Assembly: GCA_038207085.1 (NCBI GenBank)
Contig: JBBRAE010000020.1
Span: 1-53,075, forward strand
DNA length: 53,075 nt
Direction of reading: 5' to 3'
From: Armatimonadota bacterium
GTDB lineage: Bacteria > Armatimonadota > UBA5829 > DTLH01
The position numbers were made by a program, and so were the translations under genes. A model generated the notes under the pieces. It made no database searches. It was not told where the DNA came from and worked only from the letters and a program-made list of their open reading frames with translations. Of this stretch, positions 27,432 through 38,229 are shown in pieces. The stretch's first letter is position 1. Each line of letters begins with the position of its first letter.

Positions 27432-28727
27432 TTGCAAAGGCCGGCGTTTCTAGGCTCTGTACTCACTGAAATCCAGGACGCAGTAGTTGCCACGGATGGT
27501 CACTGTCGCATCACATATATCAACCCAGCAGCTGAACGGATGTATGGGGTCGACGCGTCGTCGGCTGTCGGCAATCTCGTGTCCGACCTCTTCGCAAAGA
27601 AATTCGTAAACCCCGAAGATGAAGACAAACTCCTTACCGCTCTCGAAAACGGGGGAGTCTGGAGGGGCGATAAGATTCACGTTACGGCCATCGGCGAAGA
27701 AATGCGAGTACGCGTTTCGATCGAAGTGCTAACTGACGACAATGGCGAGGTTACAGGCCAACTCTGGGTCATAAAGAACCTCACATCCAGTCTGCGCGAC
27801 AAAGAACGCGTCACCCACATCCTCGAAAGCATCCCCGACGCATTCGTCTCAGTGGACAGCGACTGGCGATATACATACGTGAATGCCTCCGCAGAACGAA
27901 TGCTTGGACGACACCGTAATAGCCTTCTCGGCAAAACCGCGTGGGATGTTTTCCCGTGTCTTCAAGACTCACTTCCTCACCAGAAATGCCGGGAGGCGAT
28001 AGCAAAGGGCAAAGCCATCACATTTGAGCTATTCTCGCCTTCGAACGAGAGATGGTATGAGGTATCAGCCAACCCTAACGCAAACGGGCTTTCGATCCAC
28101 TTCAAGGATAACACTGAACGCAAACAGGAAGAACGACACCGGCTCGAGTTCTACAAGAAGACGATATTCGCTGCGACTCTTGGGAAACTCATAATCACCG
28201 ACCCGCGCGAGATATACAAGCTCACTGGCCCGGCTGCCGAGATTTGGAAGATCCGGTGCCCGAGAGACTGCTCAGACACCAGAGTAGCCGCGACCGAATC
28301 AGTATCCAATCACTTTGTGGACAGCTATGACACGAACCGGTTCGTGACATGCGTGGGTGAGGCGCTTTGCAATTCGATTAAATACGCTGACGAAGGAATC
28401 GCGGCACTGCACGTTACGAAGGAGTCGGTTTTCTTTGTGGTCTCCGATCAAGGCGGAGGGATCCCCTGCCTGCACCTGCCGGAGGTCGCCCTAAGCCCCG
28501 GCTTTTCGACCGCTGGGACGCTTGGCATGGGTTTCAAGATTATGATTGACTACGCCGACAGGGTGTATCTCGCAACTGGGCCAGACGGGACGACGGTCGC
28601 CCTTGAGTTTGTGCCCAATACCCGCGACAGTGCGATCCAAAAGTCACTCCTATCTGAAGAGACCGCTGCTGTATTTCGCGCCAGTCCTATGATATTTCGT
28701 AACGACCTCGCGGATTACTCCGACTGA
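27432..28727 (+). CDS. PAS-PAS-HATPase (RsbW/RsbT-like anti-sigma kinase type) protein
   Basis: Two PAS motifs (YINPAAERMYG; YVNASAERMLG) and a C-terminal EALCNSIKYA, VSDQGGGI, GFST.GTLGMG, GTTV; no HisKA H-box seen. Confidence 0.8.
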   Translation: MQRPAFLGSVLTEIQDAVVATDGHCRITYINPAAERMYGVDASSAVGNLVSDLFAKKFVNPEDEDKLLTALENGGVWRGDKIHVTAIGEEMRVRVSIEVLTDDNGEVTGQLWVIKNLTSSLRDKERVTHILESIPDAFVSVDSDWRYTYVNASAERMLGRHRNSLLGKTAWDVFPCLQDSLPHQKCREAIAKGKAITFELFSPSNERWYEVSANPNANGLSIHFKDNTERKQEERHRLEFYKKTIFAATLGKLIITDPREIYKLTGPAAEIWKIRCPRDCSDTRVAATESVSNHFVDSYDTNRFVTCVGEALCNSIKYADEGIAALHVTKESVFFVVSDQGGGIPCLHLPEVALSPGFSTAGTLGMGFKIMIDYADRVYLATGPDGTTVALEFVPNTRDSAIQKSLLSEETAAVFRASPMIFRNDLADYSD

Positions 28728-28775
28728 TCGGTTTTCACATCGACAACATTTCTTCACGCGCACGCTTGCGTACAT

Positions 28776-28804
28776 TTGACGCTTGGGGAATGTGCTGCTA
28801 TAAT
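28776..28804 (+). promoter_or_regulatory. sigma70 promoter
   Basis: TTGACG-N17-TATAAT with TG extension. Confidence 0.75.
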
Positions 28805-28878
28805 ATTTGTGAACGAAGATTTACACAGTCACCAGAGCTGAGGCTTGGCAGACTGTTAGATATTGGCAGGGCCAATGA

Positions 28879-31416
28879 ATGGCACTGCCCGAGGAAGATT
28901 TATTGGAATACCGGCTCGGAATTCGGGACCAGGTGGAGAGCATTCTGCCCAAGGTCAAAGGGCCGGCTCGTTACGCAGGCGGAGAGGTCGGACAGGTCAC
29001 CAAGGATCATTCCAAGGTTGATGTTTTGTTTGCCCTCGCGTTTCCGGATGTGTACGAGGTCGGCATGTCCAACCTCGGTCTGAAAATCCTCTATCATACG
29101 CTGAACCGTCGTGAAGACACGGCGGCGGAACGTGTTTTTGCGCCTGCGGACGATATGGAAAATGAGATGCGGCAGGCGAATGTGCCCCTGTACGCCGTAG
29201 AATCGTTCACTCCGATCCGTGATTTCAATATTGTGGGGTTCTCTCTCTCCTATGAGCTGACATACACCAACGTTCTCAACATGCTCGACCTTGCAGGCAT
29301 ACCATTGCGCGCAAGTGAGCGCAACGCTACCCATCCTCTGGTGATCGCCGGGGGACACTGCACCGTTAACCCGGAACCAGTTGCCGAGTTTTTCGATGCG
29401 CTGGTCATAGGTGACGGCGAAGAAGTGGTGCACTCAATCGTTGAGGCGTATAAAGCACATAGGGACGACCGACCTGCGCTTCTTCTTGCGCTTGCCAAAC
29501 TCCCAGGAGTGTATGTGCCATCGCTTTACGAGCAGAAAGACGGCGCGACCTCGCCGCTTGATGGCGCTCCGGCGAGGGTTAAGCGAACTTTCGTCGCAGA
29601 TTTTGAGAATGCCGACTTCCCAGAAAGCTTTATTATCCCATTCATTGAGACAGTGCACGAACGTGCGGCACTTGAGATTATGCGAGGATGCACGCGCACT
29701 TGCCGGTTCTGCCAGGCGGGGATGATCACCCGCCCAGTGCGCGAAAGATCACGCGAAAAGCTTATGAGCCAGGCTGAAAAGCTTGTGGCCGCGACGGGAT
29801 ACGAAGACATCGGGCTAATGTCGCTTTCAAGCGCGGACTATTCCGGAATCCAAGAGCTCGTGCGCGACATGATCGCCAAATACGAGCCTGACAAGATCGG
29901 CGTTTCCCTTCCATCCATTCGCGCCGACTCCGACTGCGTGAAGTTTGCGGCTGAGATCGAGAAAGTCAGAAAATCTGGGCTCACTTTCGCGCCTGAAGCT
30001 GGGACGCAGCGCCTCAGGGACGTGATCAACAAGAATATATCCGAAGAAGATCTCTTGGGAGCAGTCGAAACCGCTGTTATGGCAGGTTGGCGCAAGGTTA
30101 AGCTCTATTTTATGATAGGGCTTCCGACTGAGACCGAAGAAGACGTGCTTGCAATAGCCGATCTTGTCTACAAGGTGCTGGACCGCGCACGAGAACTGCA
30201 CAAGCAATTGTCGATCAACGTCGGAGTCTCATCGTTTGTGCCCAAGCCGCATACGCCGTTTCAGTGGAGGGCTCAGGACGACGTCGAAGAGCTTTACCGC
30301 AAGGTCGGACTTCTCAAGGAGCGACTGCGTTCGAGGTTCGTGTCGCTTTCCTGGCACGACACCCACATGAGCGAGCTTGAAGCGGTGTTTGCACGTGGCG
30401 GACGTGAACTCGGCCCCGCGTTGCTTCGGGCGTGGGAGATGGGTTCCAAGTTTGACGGCTGGGATGACCGGTTCGACTACGAACGTTGGATGAGGGCGTT
30501 CGCTGAGACTGGCGTAGACGCTAAAGAGATTGCCCACGGTTCTCGCTCACACGCTGACTCCCTACCCTGGGATCATATCGATGTGGGAGTCTCCCAAAAG
30601 TGGCTCGCCGCTCAGGACACACTTGCAGAAAATGCGACAACTGTCGAAGACTGCAGACTCGATAAGTGCCTGAACTGTGGAATCAAGGGGCTTTCTGCCG
30701 ATACTAGTAATATAGCCTGCCCACCGGAGCCGCTTGCCAAGAGTTCTACCCCTCTTGAGCCGACCGAAATACCCGCGAGCGAGCCGGTCCGAGTGTGGTA
30801 CAGGCTTACTTTTGCCAAGGACCGCGGTGTGCGCTGGATCGGGCATCTTGACTTGGCTCGGGTCTTTGAGCGAGCCGTTCGTCGCGCCCGTGTGCCGATT
30901 GCCTACTCTGAAGGCTTCAATCCCAGGCCGAGGTTGTCGTTCTACAGCCAGCTTTCAGTTGGGATGACCGGAGAGGCCGAGCCGATGACAATTGAGCTCC
31001 GTCGGAATATGGACCCGCTTGATCTTGTTAAGTCTCTAAACGAGGCGCTTCCGAAGGGGATTAGCATCCGGTCCGCCGAGCGAGTTGAAGGCAGGCGCGC
31101 TCCTGAGATCACAGGCGCGGAGTATCTGATTGGCATAGTCGGCGCATCTTGTGCTGACCTCGCGGTGGCGGCCAAGACTCTCCTTGCAAGCGAGGCAGTG
31201 GTCGTCGAGCGCAAGAAAGAGACCTCATCGAAGCTGGTGGACATTCGTCCCGGCGTCGAGAGCATTGAGATGCTGCACAACGAGACTGATGACGGAAACT
31301 CAGCGCTTCTTCGGGCGAAGCTGAGGAACGTTCGGCCAAACGAGTTGGTCGAGGCGCTCAGCACGAATGCGCCTGGCGCTTTGATGAAGATCGCGCACCG
31401 CGTCAGAGTCTATTAG
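28879..31416 (+). CDS. B12-binding radical SAM protein (TIGR03960-like) fused to a DUF2344/TIGR03936-like domain
   Basis: PARYAGGE, FPDVYEVGMSN, RGCTRTCRFCQAG, FVPKPHTPFQW; C-terminal GHLD...YSEGFNPRP. Confidence 0.92.
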   Translation: MALPEEDLLEYRLGIRDQVESILPKVKGPARYAGGEVGQVTKDHSKVDVLFALAFPDVYEVGMSNLGLKILYHTLNRREDTAAERVFAPADDMENEMRQANVPLYAVESFTPIRDFNIVGFSLSYELTYTNVLNMLDLAGIPLRASERNATHPLVIAGGHCTVNPEPVAEFFDALVIGDGEEVVHSIVEAYKAHRDDRPALLLALAKLPGVYVPSLYEQKDGATSPLDGAPARVKRTFVADFENADFPESFIIPFIETVHERAALEIMRGCTRTCRFCQAGMITRPVRERSREKLMSQAEKLVAATGYEDIGLMSLSSADYSGIQELVRDMIAKYEPDKIGVSLPSIRADSDCVKFAAEIEKVRKSGLTFAPEAGTQRLRDVINKNISEEDLLGAVETAVMAGWRKVKLYFMIGLPTETEEDVLAIADLVYKVLDRARELHKQLSINVGVSSFVPKPHTPFQWRAQDDVEELYRKVGLLKERLRSRFVSLSWHDTHMSELEAVFARGGRELGPALLRAWEMGSKFDGWDDRFDYERWMRAFAETGVDAKEIAHGSRSHADSLPWDHIDVGVSQKWLAAQDTLAENATTVEDCRLDKCLNCGIKGLSADTSNIACPPEPLAKSSTPLEPTEIPASEPVRVWYRLTFAKDRGVRWIGHLDLARVFERAVRRARVPIAYSEGFNPRPRLSFYSQLSVGMTGEAEPMTIELRRNMDPLDLVKSLNEALPKGISIRSAERVEGRRAPEITGAEYLIGIVGASCADLAVAAKTLLASEAVVVERKKETSSKLVDIRPGVESIEMLHNETDDGNSALLRAKLRNVRPNELVEALSTNAPGALMKIAHRVRVY

Positions 31417-31487
31417 ATTTCGGGTGATACTCACCCGAGGAGGATAACGAGAAATGAAAACAGACAAGAGAGGAGGTGACAATTAAC

Positions 31488-33200
31488 ATGTCAAAAGAAA
31501 TTATCGTTAACGTCGATACCAGGGAAACTCGCGTCGCTCTCGTCGAAGCCGGAAAGCTCGTCGAGTTGCACATCGAAAGAGAAGAGCGAGTCGTCGGGAG
31601 CATCTACAAATGCAAAGTCTCGAACGTTCTCCCCGGTATGGACGCGGCTTTTGTCGATATCGGACTCGAACGAAATGCCTTTCTCTACGTCGCTGACGTT
31701 TTGCCGGAGGCCGAAGAGGACTCTCCGGGCAGAAGGGACACCAGACACTTAAAGATCAAGGACATGCTCAAAGTTGGGCAAGAAGTCCTGGTACAGGTGA
31801 TCAAGGGCCCTAGAGGTACGAAGGGCGCGAGAGTTTCGACTCGAATCTCGCTGCCGGGGCGGTATCTGGTGCTTATGCCGGATGCCGACAACATCGGGAT
31901 TTCGAGAAAGATCGATGAGGGAGGCGAACGAGACCGTCTGAAGCGGATTGCAGATAATATGAAACCGCTCGGTTACGGAGTCATCGTTCGCACCGAAGCC
32001 GAAGGAAAGAGCGATGTAGAGCTTAGACAGGATCTCGAATTCCTGCTTAGAATGTGGAATCAGGTTCAGGATAAAGCTCGAAAAACGCAGGCTCCGGGGC
32101 TAGTGCACCAGGACCTGTCGCTCATTTACAAGACAATCAGGGACGTTTTCAGCTCCGAAGTCACGAAAATGCTCGTCGATTCGCCGGTTGACTATGAAAA
32201 AGCCGTCGAGTTGATCGATCTATTGTCTCCGAAGATGCGCTCCCGCATCCAGCTCTACTCGGACCCCGAGCCAATATTCGAGCGGTTCGCGATAGAGTCT
32301 GAAATCGAGAGGCTTCTGCGGCGCAAAGTGTGGCTGAAGTCGGGTGGGCACCTCACGATCGATGAGACTGAGGCGCTTACCACAATCGACGTAAACACTG
32401 GCAAATACATCGGCAGCACTAGCTTGTCCGATACGATTCTGAAGACAAACCTTGATGCTGTTACGGAAATCGGAAGGCAGCTTCGCTTGCGGGACATCGG
32501 CGGGATTATTATTATCGACTTCATCGATATGATAAACCCCAAGGACCGCACGCACGTTGTCGCGGCGCTTGATAAGGCGCTCAGGAAGGACCGCACGCGG
32601 ACCAAAATCTCGCACATCAGCCCGCTTGGGCTCGTCGAGATGACCCGCAAACGGACCGGAGAGACGATTTCTGAAAGCATGACCGAAGCGTGCCCTTACT
32701 GCCAGGGGCGTGGACGGATCGAATCATCGGAGACGGTGTCGATCCACATCGAGCGCGAACTTCGCCAGCTTGCAGCGCAGGTTGACGAGGAAGCGTTTGT
32801 GGTGACAGTCCACCCCGATGTTGCCGTTCATCTGATCGGCCCGATGGGCGAGACGATCAACGAGATCGAACGGAGACTGAAGCACGCTATCTACGTGAGG
32901 AGCAACGAAGAGCTTCACGTGGAAAAGTATGAGATTGTCCCGGGTAACCTACTGGAAATCGAACGTCACATGATGCCATATAACAATGCTGATGTGATTG
33001 AGTGCCAGGTAATCAGGAACCCGTTTTCAATACTGCCCAGATCCACAGCGTGGATCGACGGCTATTTAGTGGATCTTGCTAATGGTGGCAAGTATATCGG
33101 ACAGAGAGTCCGAGCAAAGCTGACCGACATCAATCGAAGTTACGCTCTCGGCGAAGTAGTCGGGGGTTCAAAATCGCTTGACAAGGCGGCAGCCTTGTGA
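31488..33200 (+). CDS. rng: Rne/Rng family ribonuclease with a C-terminal TRAM-like domain
   Basis: VLPGMDAAFVDIG, KGARV, TIDVNTG, LRDIGGIIIIDFIDM and CPYCQGRG motifs. Confidence 0.93.
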   Translation: MSKEIIVNVDTRETRVALVEAGKLVELHIEREERVVGSIYKCKVSNVLPGMDAAFVDIGLERNAFLYVADVLPEAEEDSPGRRDTRHLKIKDMLKVGQEVLVQVIKGPRGTKGARVSTRISLPGRYLVLMPDADNIGISRKIDEGGERDRLKRIADNMKPLGYGVIVRTEAEGKSDVELRQDLEFLLRMWNQVQDKARKTQAPGLVHQDLSLIYKTIRDVFSSEVTKMLVDSPVDYEKAVELIDLLSPKMRSRIQLYSDPEPIFERFAIESEIERLLRRKVWLKSGGHLTIDETEALTTIDVNTGKYIGSTSLSDTILKTNLDAVTEIGRQLRLRDIGGIIIIDFIDMINPKDRTHVVAALDKALRKDRTRTKISHISPLGLVEMTRKRTGETISESMTEACPYCQGRGRIESSETVSIHIERELRQLAAQVDEEAFVVTVHPDVAVHLIGPMGETINEIERRLKHAIYVRSNEELHVEKYEIVPGNLLEIERHMMPYNNADVIECQVIRNPFSILPRSTAWIDGYLVDLANGGKYIGQRVRAKLTDINRSYALGEVVGGSKSLDKAAAL

Positions 33201-33206
33201 TATTAT
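33178..33206 (+). promoter_or_regulatory. sigma70 promoter of rplU-rpmA
   Basis: TTGACA-N17-TATTAT with TG extension. Confidence 0.75.
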
Positions 33207-33215
33207 TAGGCATTC

Positions 33216-33241
33216 GGGTATCGGGACGCGAGTCCCGATAC
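33216..33241 (+). promoter_or_regulatory. hairpin in the rplU 5' leader
   Basis: GGTATCGGGAC-GCGA-GTCCCGATACC (GNRA tetraloop). Confidence 0.5.
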
Positions 33242-33267
33242 CTTGTACTTTGTATGGGAGACCAACA

Positions 33268-33579
33268 GTGTACGTCATTGTTAAGACCGGCGGCCAGCAG
33301 TTTAGGGTCGAAGAAAAATCAATAATTGAAGTCAACAAACTTGCCAACGAAGAGGGCGAAGAGATCGTTCTCGACGAGGTTATGATGGTTGGCGGCGACG
33401 GCGCAGTCAAAGTAGGCACGCCGTTTGTTTCCGGTGCGAAGGTTACGGCGAAGGTCGTGTCCCAGTTCAAGGGGCCCAAGATCACCGCTTTCACCTACAA
33501 GCCCAAGAAGCATACGCAGCGCCATTGGGGCCACAGGCAGCAGTTGACCAGGCTTCAGATCACAAAGATCGAAGCTTAG
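33268..33579 (+). CDS. rplU: 50S ribosomal protein L21
   Basis: [14 protein letters not shown]...VGTPFV...GHRQ; GTG start. Confidence 0.97.
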   Translation: MYVIVKTGGQQFRVEEKSIIEVNKLANEEGEEIVLDEVMMVGGDGAVKVGTPFVSGAKVTAKVVSQFKGPKITAFTYKPKKHTQRHWGHRQQLTRLQITKIEA

Positions 33580-33584
33580 TTGTT

Positions 33585-33663
33585 TCGGGGTGGCGGGTGT
33601 TCGGCGTTGGAAATGTGTCATTACGACCAGTTCTAACCCCCAACACCCATCGCCTAACACCCA
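33585..33663. repeat. degenerate heptamer inverted repeat between rplU and rpmA
   Basis: G-rich arm (tcggggt ggcgggtgt tcggcgt tgg) and C-rich arm (ctaacccccaacacccatcgcctaacaccca). Confidence 0.5.
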
Positions 33664-33686
33664 TTTTTGAAGGCAGGTGAGATTCT

Positions 33687-33950
33687 ATGGCCCATAAAAA
33701 GGGAGTTGGTAGTTCTAGGAACGGACGCGATAGTAACCCGAAGCGCCTTGGCGTTAAGGAGTTCGCGGGAGAGCTTGTGACGGCGGGATCTATTCTCGTG
33801 CGCCAGCGCGGCACCCCCATTCACCCCGGCGTTAACGTCGGACTGGGTAGGGACCACACGCTGTTCGCGAAGATAGACGGCACCGTAAAGTTCGAAAACA
33901 AGGGCAACAGAAGGACATGTGGTGTCTATCCTGTAGTCGTTGCCGAATAG
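33687..33950 (+). CDS. rpmA: 50S ribosomal protein L27
   Basis: [21 protein letters not shown]. Confidence 0.98.
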   Translation: MAHKKGVGSSRNGRDSNPKRLGVKEFAGELVTAGSILVRQRGTPIHPGVNVGLGRDHTLFAKIDGTVKFENKGNRRTCGVYPVVVAE

Positions 33951-33982
33951 TCCCTTAGAATATCAAGTAATAATGCTTTGAT

Positions 33983-34021
33983 GGCCCGCACATTCAGATT
34001 GGATGTGCGGGCCGTTTGTTT
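33983..34021 (+). terminator. intrinsic terminator
   Basis: GGCCCGCACAT-loop-ATGTGCGGGCC followed by GTTTGTTT. Confidence 0.75.
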
Positions 34022-34123
34022 GTGTTTGAGACTTTCCAAAATTGCCATCTTTTCAGAGCACCTATCTGACATATTTCCCTCACGACGCAGCACGCTAATG
34101 TGGTAGAATGCTATTGGGAACAC

Positions 34124-34893
34124 TTGATTAGATACTTATTGGCAGCCATAATCATAGTTTGGGCGACGGCCGCTCTTGCGGGTGTCGGGGCTGCGTCGAT
34201 CAACAATGGCGGGTCTACTACGACCGGCGGCGGGGTGACGATGATCTCGACGCTCGGGCAGAGTGTCGCCGGGTTCACCTCCGCACCTGGGAGCCTGCAC
34301 TGGGCCGGTTTCTGGTCGGGTGACATCCCCTCGGCAAATCCCCTTGCACGAGTCTCATCTGCCAATCAGACCGCTGACGGCTCATACATATCTCTTGTTG
34401 GAAAAGTCGCTACAACCGGCGCTGCTGACTTCAATGGGTTCTTTTACGTTGAAGAACTCGATCGGTCAGCGGGAATCCGGGTCTCAGTTCCGACGAGGCT
34501 CGTCGCTGGTCTCCTCCCCGGATGCAGCGTGAACGTGATCGGAACCCTCCGCACCGCAGCCCTGGCGAGCGCGAGATATCCGCGCCAATCATCATCGTAG
34601 GCGCTCCTACGACACCTCTGCGACCACTAGGCATGAACAACCACGCCGCAGTTGCCACCGTGGGACGAGACACCACTGGATTGTTCGTCAGAGTATGGGG
34701 AAGGGTGTCTCAATCGATCAACGGCTATATCACCTTGACCGATGGCTCAGGCGGGACGTGCATCGTTGACTGCACGAGAGTCACTAACCCACCGGCACTT
34801 GGCTCCTACTGCTCCGTCACCGCCGTGGCAAGTCTCGTATCCGGCAGTCGCGTCCTCCTCCCCAGGTCAAACGCCGACATCACGCTTTACTAA
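34124..34893 (+). pseudogene. secreted OB-fold repeat protein split by a frameshift near 34555
   Basis: One frame has a signal peptide, then FYVEELDRSAGIRV...V.VIGTLRT; a different frame continues GEREI...PLRPLGMNN..GLFVRVWGRV..DGSG. Confidence 0.7.
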
Positions 34894-34945
34894 CCGCTAT
34901 TTGTACGGAATAGTCCAATCCCCCTGCAACGACACCGAAACGAGC

Positions 34946-34975
34946 TTTACAGCAGAGGCTACTGAGCGGTATAAT
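34946..34975 (+). promoter_or_regulatory. sigma70 promoter of the rpiB operon
   Basis: TTTACA-N18-TATAAT. Confidence 0.55.
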
Positions 34976-35023
34976 ATCGGCGGCGCGAGCCGCAATGAAA
35001 CTACGATGACAGGGATTGCGTAA

Positions 35024-35455
35024 TTGAAAATAGCGATCGGATCAGATCACGCCGGATTCCACCTGAAAGAGACAATTGAAGAGTATCTTCGCGCCCAACT
35101 ACACGACGTGGAGGACTTTGGGACCCACTCCGTGGAGTCCGTGGATTATCCAGACATTGCTCACACCGTGGCTGGAACTGTCGCGAGTGGCGAGTATGAA
35201 CGCGCGATACTTGTCTGCGGTGCGGGGGTCGGTATGTCGATCGCCGCGAACAAAGTGAAAGGCGCGCGGGCGGTGCTCTGCAGCGACGAATACACCGCGC
35301 GCATATCAAGAGAACATAACGACACCAACGTCCTCGCGCTTGGCGAGAGAACGGTCGGGGTGGAACTAGCACTATCGATCGTCAATGCATGGATCTCTGC
35401 CGAGTTCGACCCGGCATCGAGGCACGCACGACGAGTTAATAAGTTGGAGCCATAA
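35024..35455 (+). CDS. rpiB: ribose 5-phosphate isomerase B
   Basis: [26 protein letters not shown] and RH.RR motifs. Confidence 0.96.
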   Translation: MKIAIGSDHAGFHLKETIEEYLRAQLHDVEDFGTHSVESVDYPDIAHTVAGTVASGEYERAILVCGAGVGMSIAANKVKGARAVLCSDEYTARISREHNDTNVLALGERTVGVELALSIVNAWISAEFDPASRHARRVNKLEP

Positions 35456-35505
35456 GGCGAACCAGGAGGCTTTGTAAGTTGGGTATTGTTGAATTTCAGG
35501 CGGGA

Positions 35506-36744
35506 ATGAGCGATATGAACCTGCCGCTTTCCGAGGTCGACCCGGAGGTCGCGGAGGCGGTAAAGCAGGAAGAGCAGCGTCAGCACGACAAAATCGTCCT
35601 GATCGCATCCGAGAACTACACCAGCCGTGCGGTTCTTGAGGCGCAGGGATCGGTCCTGACCAACAAATACGCCGAAGGCTATCCAGGCAAGCGCTACTAC
35701 GGCGGATGCGAGTATGTCGACGTTGTCGAAACTCTCGCAATCGAGCGCGCGAAGAAGCTCTTTGGAGCCGAGCATGCGAACGTTCAACCGCATGCCGGTT
35801 CACAGGCCAATATGGCCGTCTATTTTGCCTTTATGAAGCCGGGCGACACCTATATGGCGCTTTCGCTCTCACACGGCGGACACCTCACCCACGGAAGCCC
35901 AGTGAACTTCTCCGGTCAGCTCTACAACGTGGTTCCCTACGGTGTAAACGCCCAGACCGAGATGCTCGACTACGATGAGATCAGAAGGCTCGCCAAAGAG
36001 TCGAACCCAAAGCTCATCGTAACTGGTGCTACTGCCTACCCGAGGTTCATCGATTTTGCCGAGATGCGCAAGATTGCGGACGAAGTCGGCGCGATTCTGA
36101 TGGTCGATATGTCCCACATCGCGGGGATGGTCGCGACAGGCTCGCACCCGTCGCCGGTACCGCACGCGCATGTAGTGACGACTACCACACACAAGACACT
36201 TCGGGGCCCAAGGTCAGGGATTATCCTCTGCAAGGCTGAGTTCGCAAAGCAGATTGACAAAGCTGTCTTCCCTGGAATGCAGGGCGGCCCGCTTATGCAT
36301 ATTATCGCAGCCAAGGCGGTCTCTTTCAAAGAGGCAATGACTCCCGAGTTCGCGGCTTACCAGGCGCAGATCGTGACAAACGCCAAGGCGCTCGCCGACG
36401 GCCTCACCAAGCGCGGCTTCAGACTGGTTTCGGGGGGAACGGACAACCACCTCATGCTCGTAGATATGACCAAGCAGAACATTACGGGAAAAGCCGCACA
36501 GGCAACGCTCGAAGAGGTCGGAATAGTCGCGAACAAGAACACGATCCCCTTCGACAAGGAAAGTCCGTTTGTGACAAGTGGAATCAGACTAGGCACGCCG
36601 TCGGTCACCACGCGAGGGATGAAAGAGCCGGAGATGGACCGCATCGCCGAGCTTATCACGCTCGCCCTGATCGACTCGAAGGCCGATGCAGCCAGGGATG
36701 GCGTCAAGCAGCTTTGCGACTCCTTCCCCATCTACGGAGGGTAG
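35506..36744 (+). CDS. glyA: serine hydroxymethyltransferase
   Basis: [39 protein letters not shown] and SGIRLGT motifs. Confidence 0.98.
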   Translation: MSDMNLPLSEVDPEVAEAVKQEEQRQHDKIVLIASENYTSRAVLEAQGSVLTNKYAEGYPGKRYYGGCEYVDVVETLAIERAKKLFGAEHANVQPHAGSQANMAVYFAFMKPGDTYMALSLSHGGHLTHGSPVNFSGQLYNVVPYGVNAQTEMLDYDEIRRLAKESNPKLIVTGATAYPRFIDFAEMRKIADEVGAILMVDMSHIAGMVATGSHPSPVPHAHVVTTTTHKTLRGPRSGIILCKAEFAKQIDKAVFPGMQGGPLMHIIAAKAVSFKEAMTPEFAAYQAQIVTNAKALADGLTKRGFRLVSGGTDNHLMLVDMTKQNITGKAAQATLEEVGIVANKNTIPFDKESPFVTSGIRLGTPSVTTRGMKEPEMDRIAELITLALIDSKADAARDGVKQLCDSFPIYGG

Positions 36745-36747
36745 ATT

Positions 36748-37221
36748 TTGACAAGCCGAAGGCGGCCTGATTGGGATGAATATTTCATGGAGATCGCGCA
36801 CGTTGTCGCGCGTCGTTCTACGTGTATTCGCCGGCAGATCGGTGCGGTGATCGTCCGCGACAAGCGTATTCTCGCCACGGGCTACAACGGAGCCCCGAGT
36901 GGGCTGCCGCATTGTGTGGACACGGAATGCATGCGAAATGAGCTAGGAATAGCCTCAGGGACGCGTCACGAGGTATGTCGGGCGCTCCACTCCGAGCAAA
37001 ACGCCATAATTCAGGCCGCTTATCACGGTATTTCGACCAAAGACTCGACTTTATACTGCACCCATCAGCCCTGCAGTCTGTGCGCGAAAGCGATCATCAG
37101 CGCGGGGGTCAGCCGTGTGGTATTTGAGGGCGATTACCCCGACACGTTCGCCCTTGAGATGCTTGAGATGGCCCAAATTGAGCTTGTTCGGTTCGTCCGC
37201 GAACCCGAGGTAACTGTTTAA
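36748..37221 (+). CDS. dCMP deaminase (ComEB-like)
   Basis: RPDWDEYFM, RSTC.RR, TGYNG, HSEQNA and PCSLC motifs. Confidence 0.93.
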   Translation: MTSRRRPDWDEYFMEIAHVVARRSTCIRRQIGAVIVRDKRILATGYNGAPSGLPHCVDTECMRNELGIASGTRHEVCRALHSEQNAIIQAAYHGISTKDSTLYCTHQPCSLCAKAIISAGVSRVVFEGDYPDTFALEMLEMAQIELVRFVREPEVTV

Positions 37222-38229
37222 GTGAAGACAGCTCTTGTAGCATTCTTTACAGCTTTCCTATGCACATATTTCCTTACGCCGGTCGCCAGGATGCTTGCCT
37301 TCAGGTTCCAGGTTATCGCACACCCGGACGCGCGACGGATCCATGAGCACCCCACCCCGCTTTGGGGAGGGATCAGCATTTACATCGGCTTTGTCGTGTC
37401 GGTCATCGCGACGGTGATGATTCACATGGCGGTCCGTCACCCCGACTCCCAGATCAGGATGGACGCGGTCTATGGCGTTCTCCTCGGCGGGACCATTGTC
37501 GCCCTTGTGGGCATGCTCGACGACAAGCTTGAGCTTTCGCCGATTGCCCAGTTTGGCGCGGTGCTGATCGGCGGAGCGGTGCTGGTCGCGTTCGGTGTCA
37601 AGATCGCATACCTCAACCTGCCATTTTTCGGCGGGGTCAACCTGCACTGGGTCGCGATACCATTCACGCTGATCTGGATATTCGGTGTTACAAAGACCGT
37701 CGACCTGATGGACGGGCTCGATGGGCTTGCCGCTGGGATCTGCGCCATAGCGTCGGCAACTCTTCTAATTATGACATTTAGGGAGCTCGATTTCGCCTGG
37801 AGGATAGATCATCCAAGTCTCGTCGAATCGTTTGTAACGGTCAGGGTCTTCTCTGCTGCGCTGCTGGGATCAAGCCTTGCGTTTCTGCGCTACAACTACC
37901 CACCTGCCAAGATATTCATGGGCACTATCGGCGCGCAGTTTATGGGGTTTGTGATCGCATCGACCGCGCTCGTGAGCGCCTTCAAGGTCGCACTGCTTGT
38001 CGCGATCATCGTCCCACTGCTTGTGCTCGCTGTCCCGATTCTCGACACTGCCTTTGTAATCGTCAAGCGTGCCCTCCGGGGCCAGAGGGTGTATGAAGCC
38101 GACAAAAGCCATATGCACCACAGGTTGCTTGAACGAGGTCTGACCCGCCTGCAGACGATCTGGGTTATCTACGCACTTACCGCGGCTCTATCGGCCGCCG
38201 GACTTCTCATTTGGTTCCTAAAAGCATGA
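37222..38229 (+). CDS. undecaprenyl-phosphate GlcNAc-1-phosphate transferase (WecA/TagO, MraY family)
   Basis: P..GG, GMLDD, DGLDGLA, YNYPPAKIFMG and D..HMHHRL motifs. Confidence 0.93.
   Translation: MKTALVAFFTAFLCTYFLTPVARMLAFRFQVIAHPDARRIHEHPTPLWGGISIYIGFVVSVIATVMIHMAVRHPDSQIRMDAVYGVLLGGTIVALVGMLDDKLELSPIAQFGAVLIGGAVLVAFGVKIAYLNLPFFGGVNLHWVAIPFTLIWIFGVTKTVDLMDGLDGLAAGICAIASATLLIMTFRELDFAWRIDHPSLVESFVTVRVFSAALLGSSLAFLRYNYPPAKIFMGTIGAQFMGFVIASTALVSAFKVALLVAIIVPLLVLAVPILDTAFVIVKRALRGQRVYEADKSHMHHRLLERGLTRLQTIWVIYALTAALSAAGLLIWFLKA

Noticed and set aside
23383..28727. tRNA-anchored integrative island after tRNA-Thr
   Set aside because: No integrase and no duplicated tRNA 3' end (att site) were found in the window.
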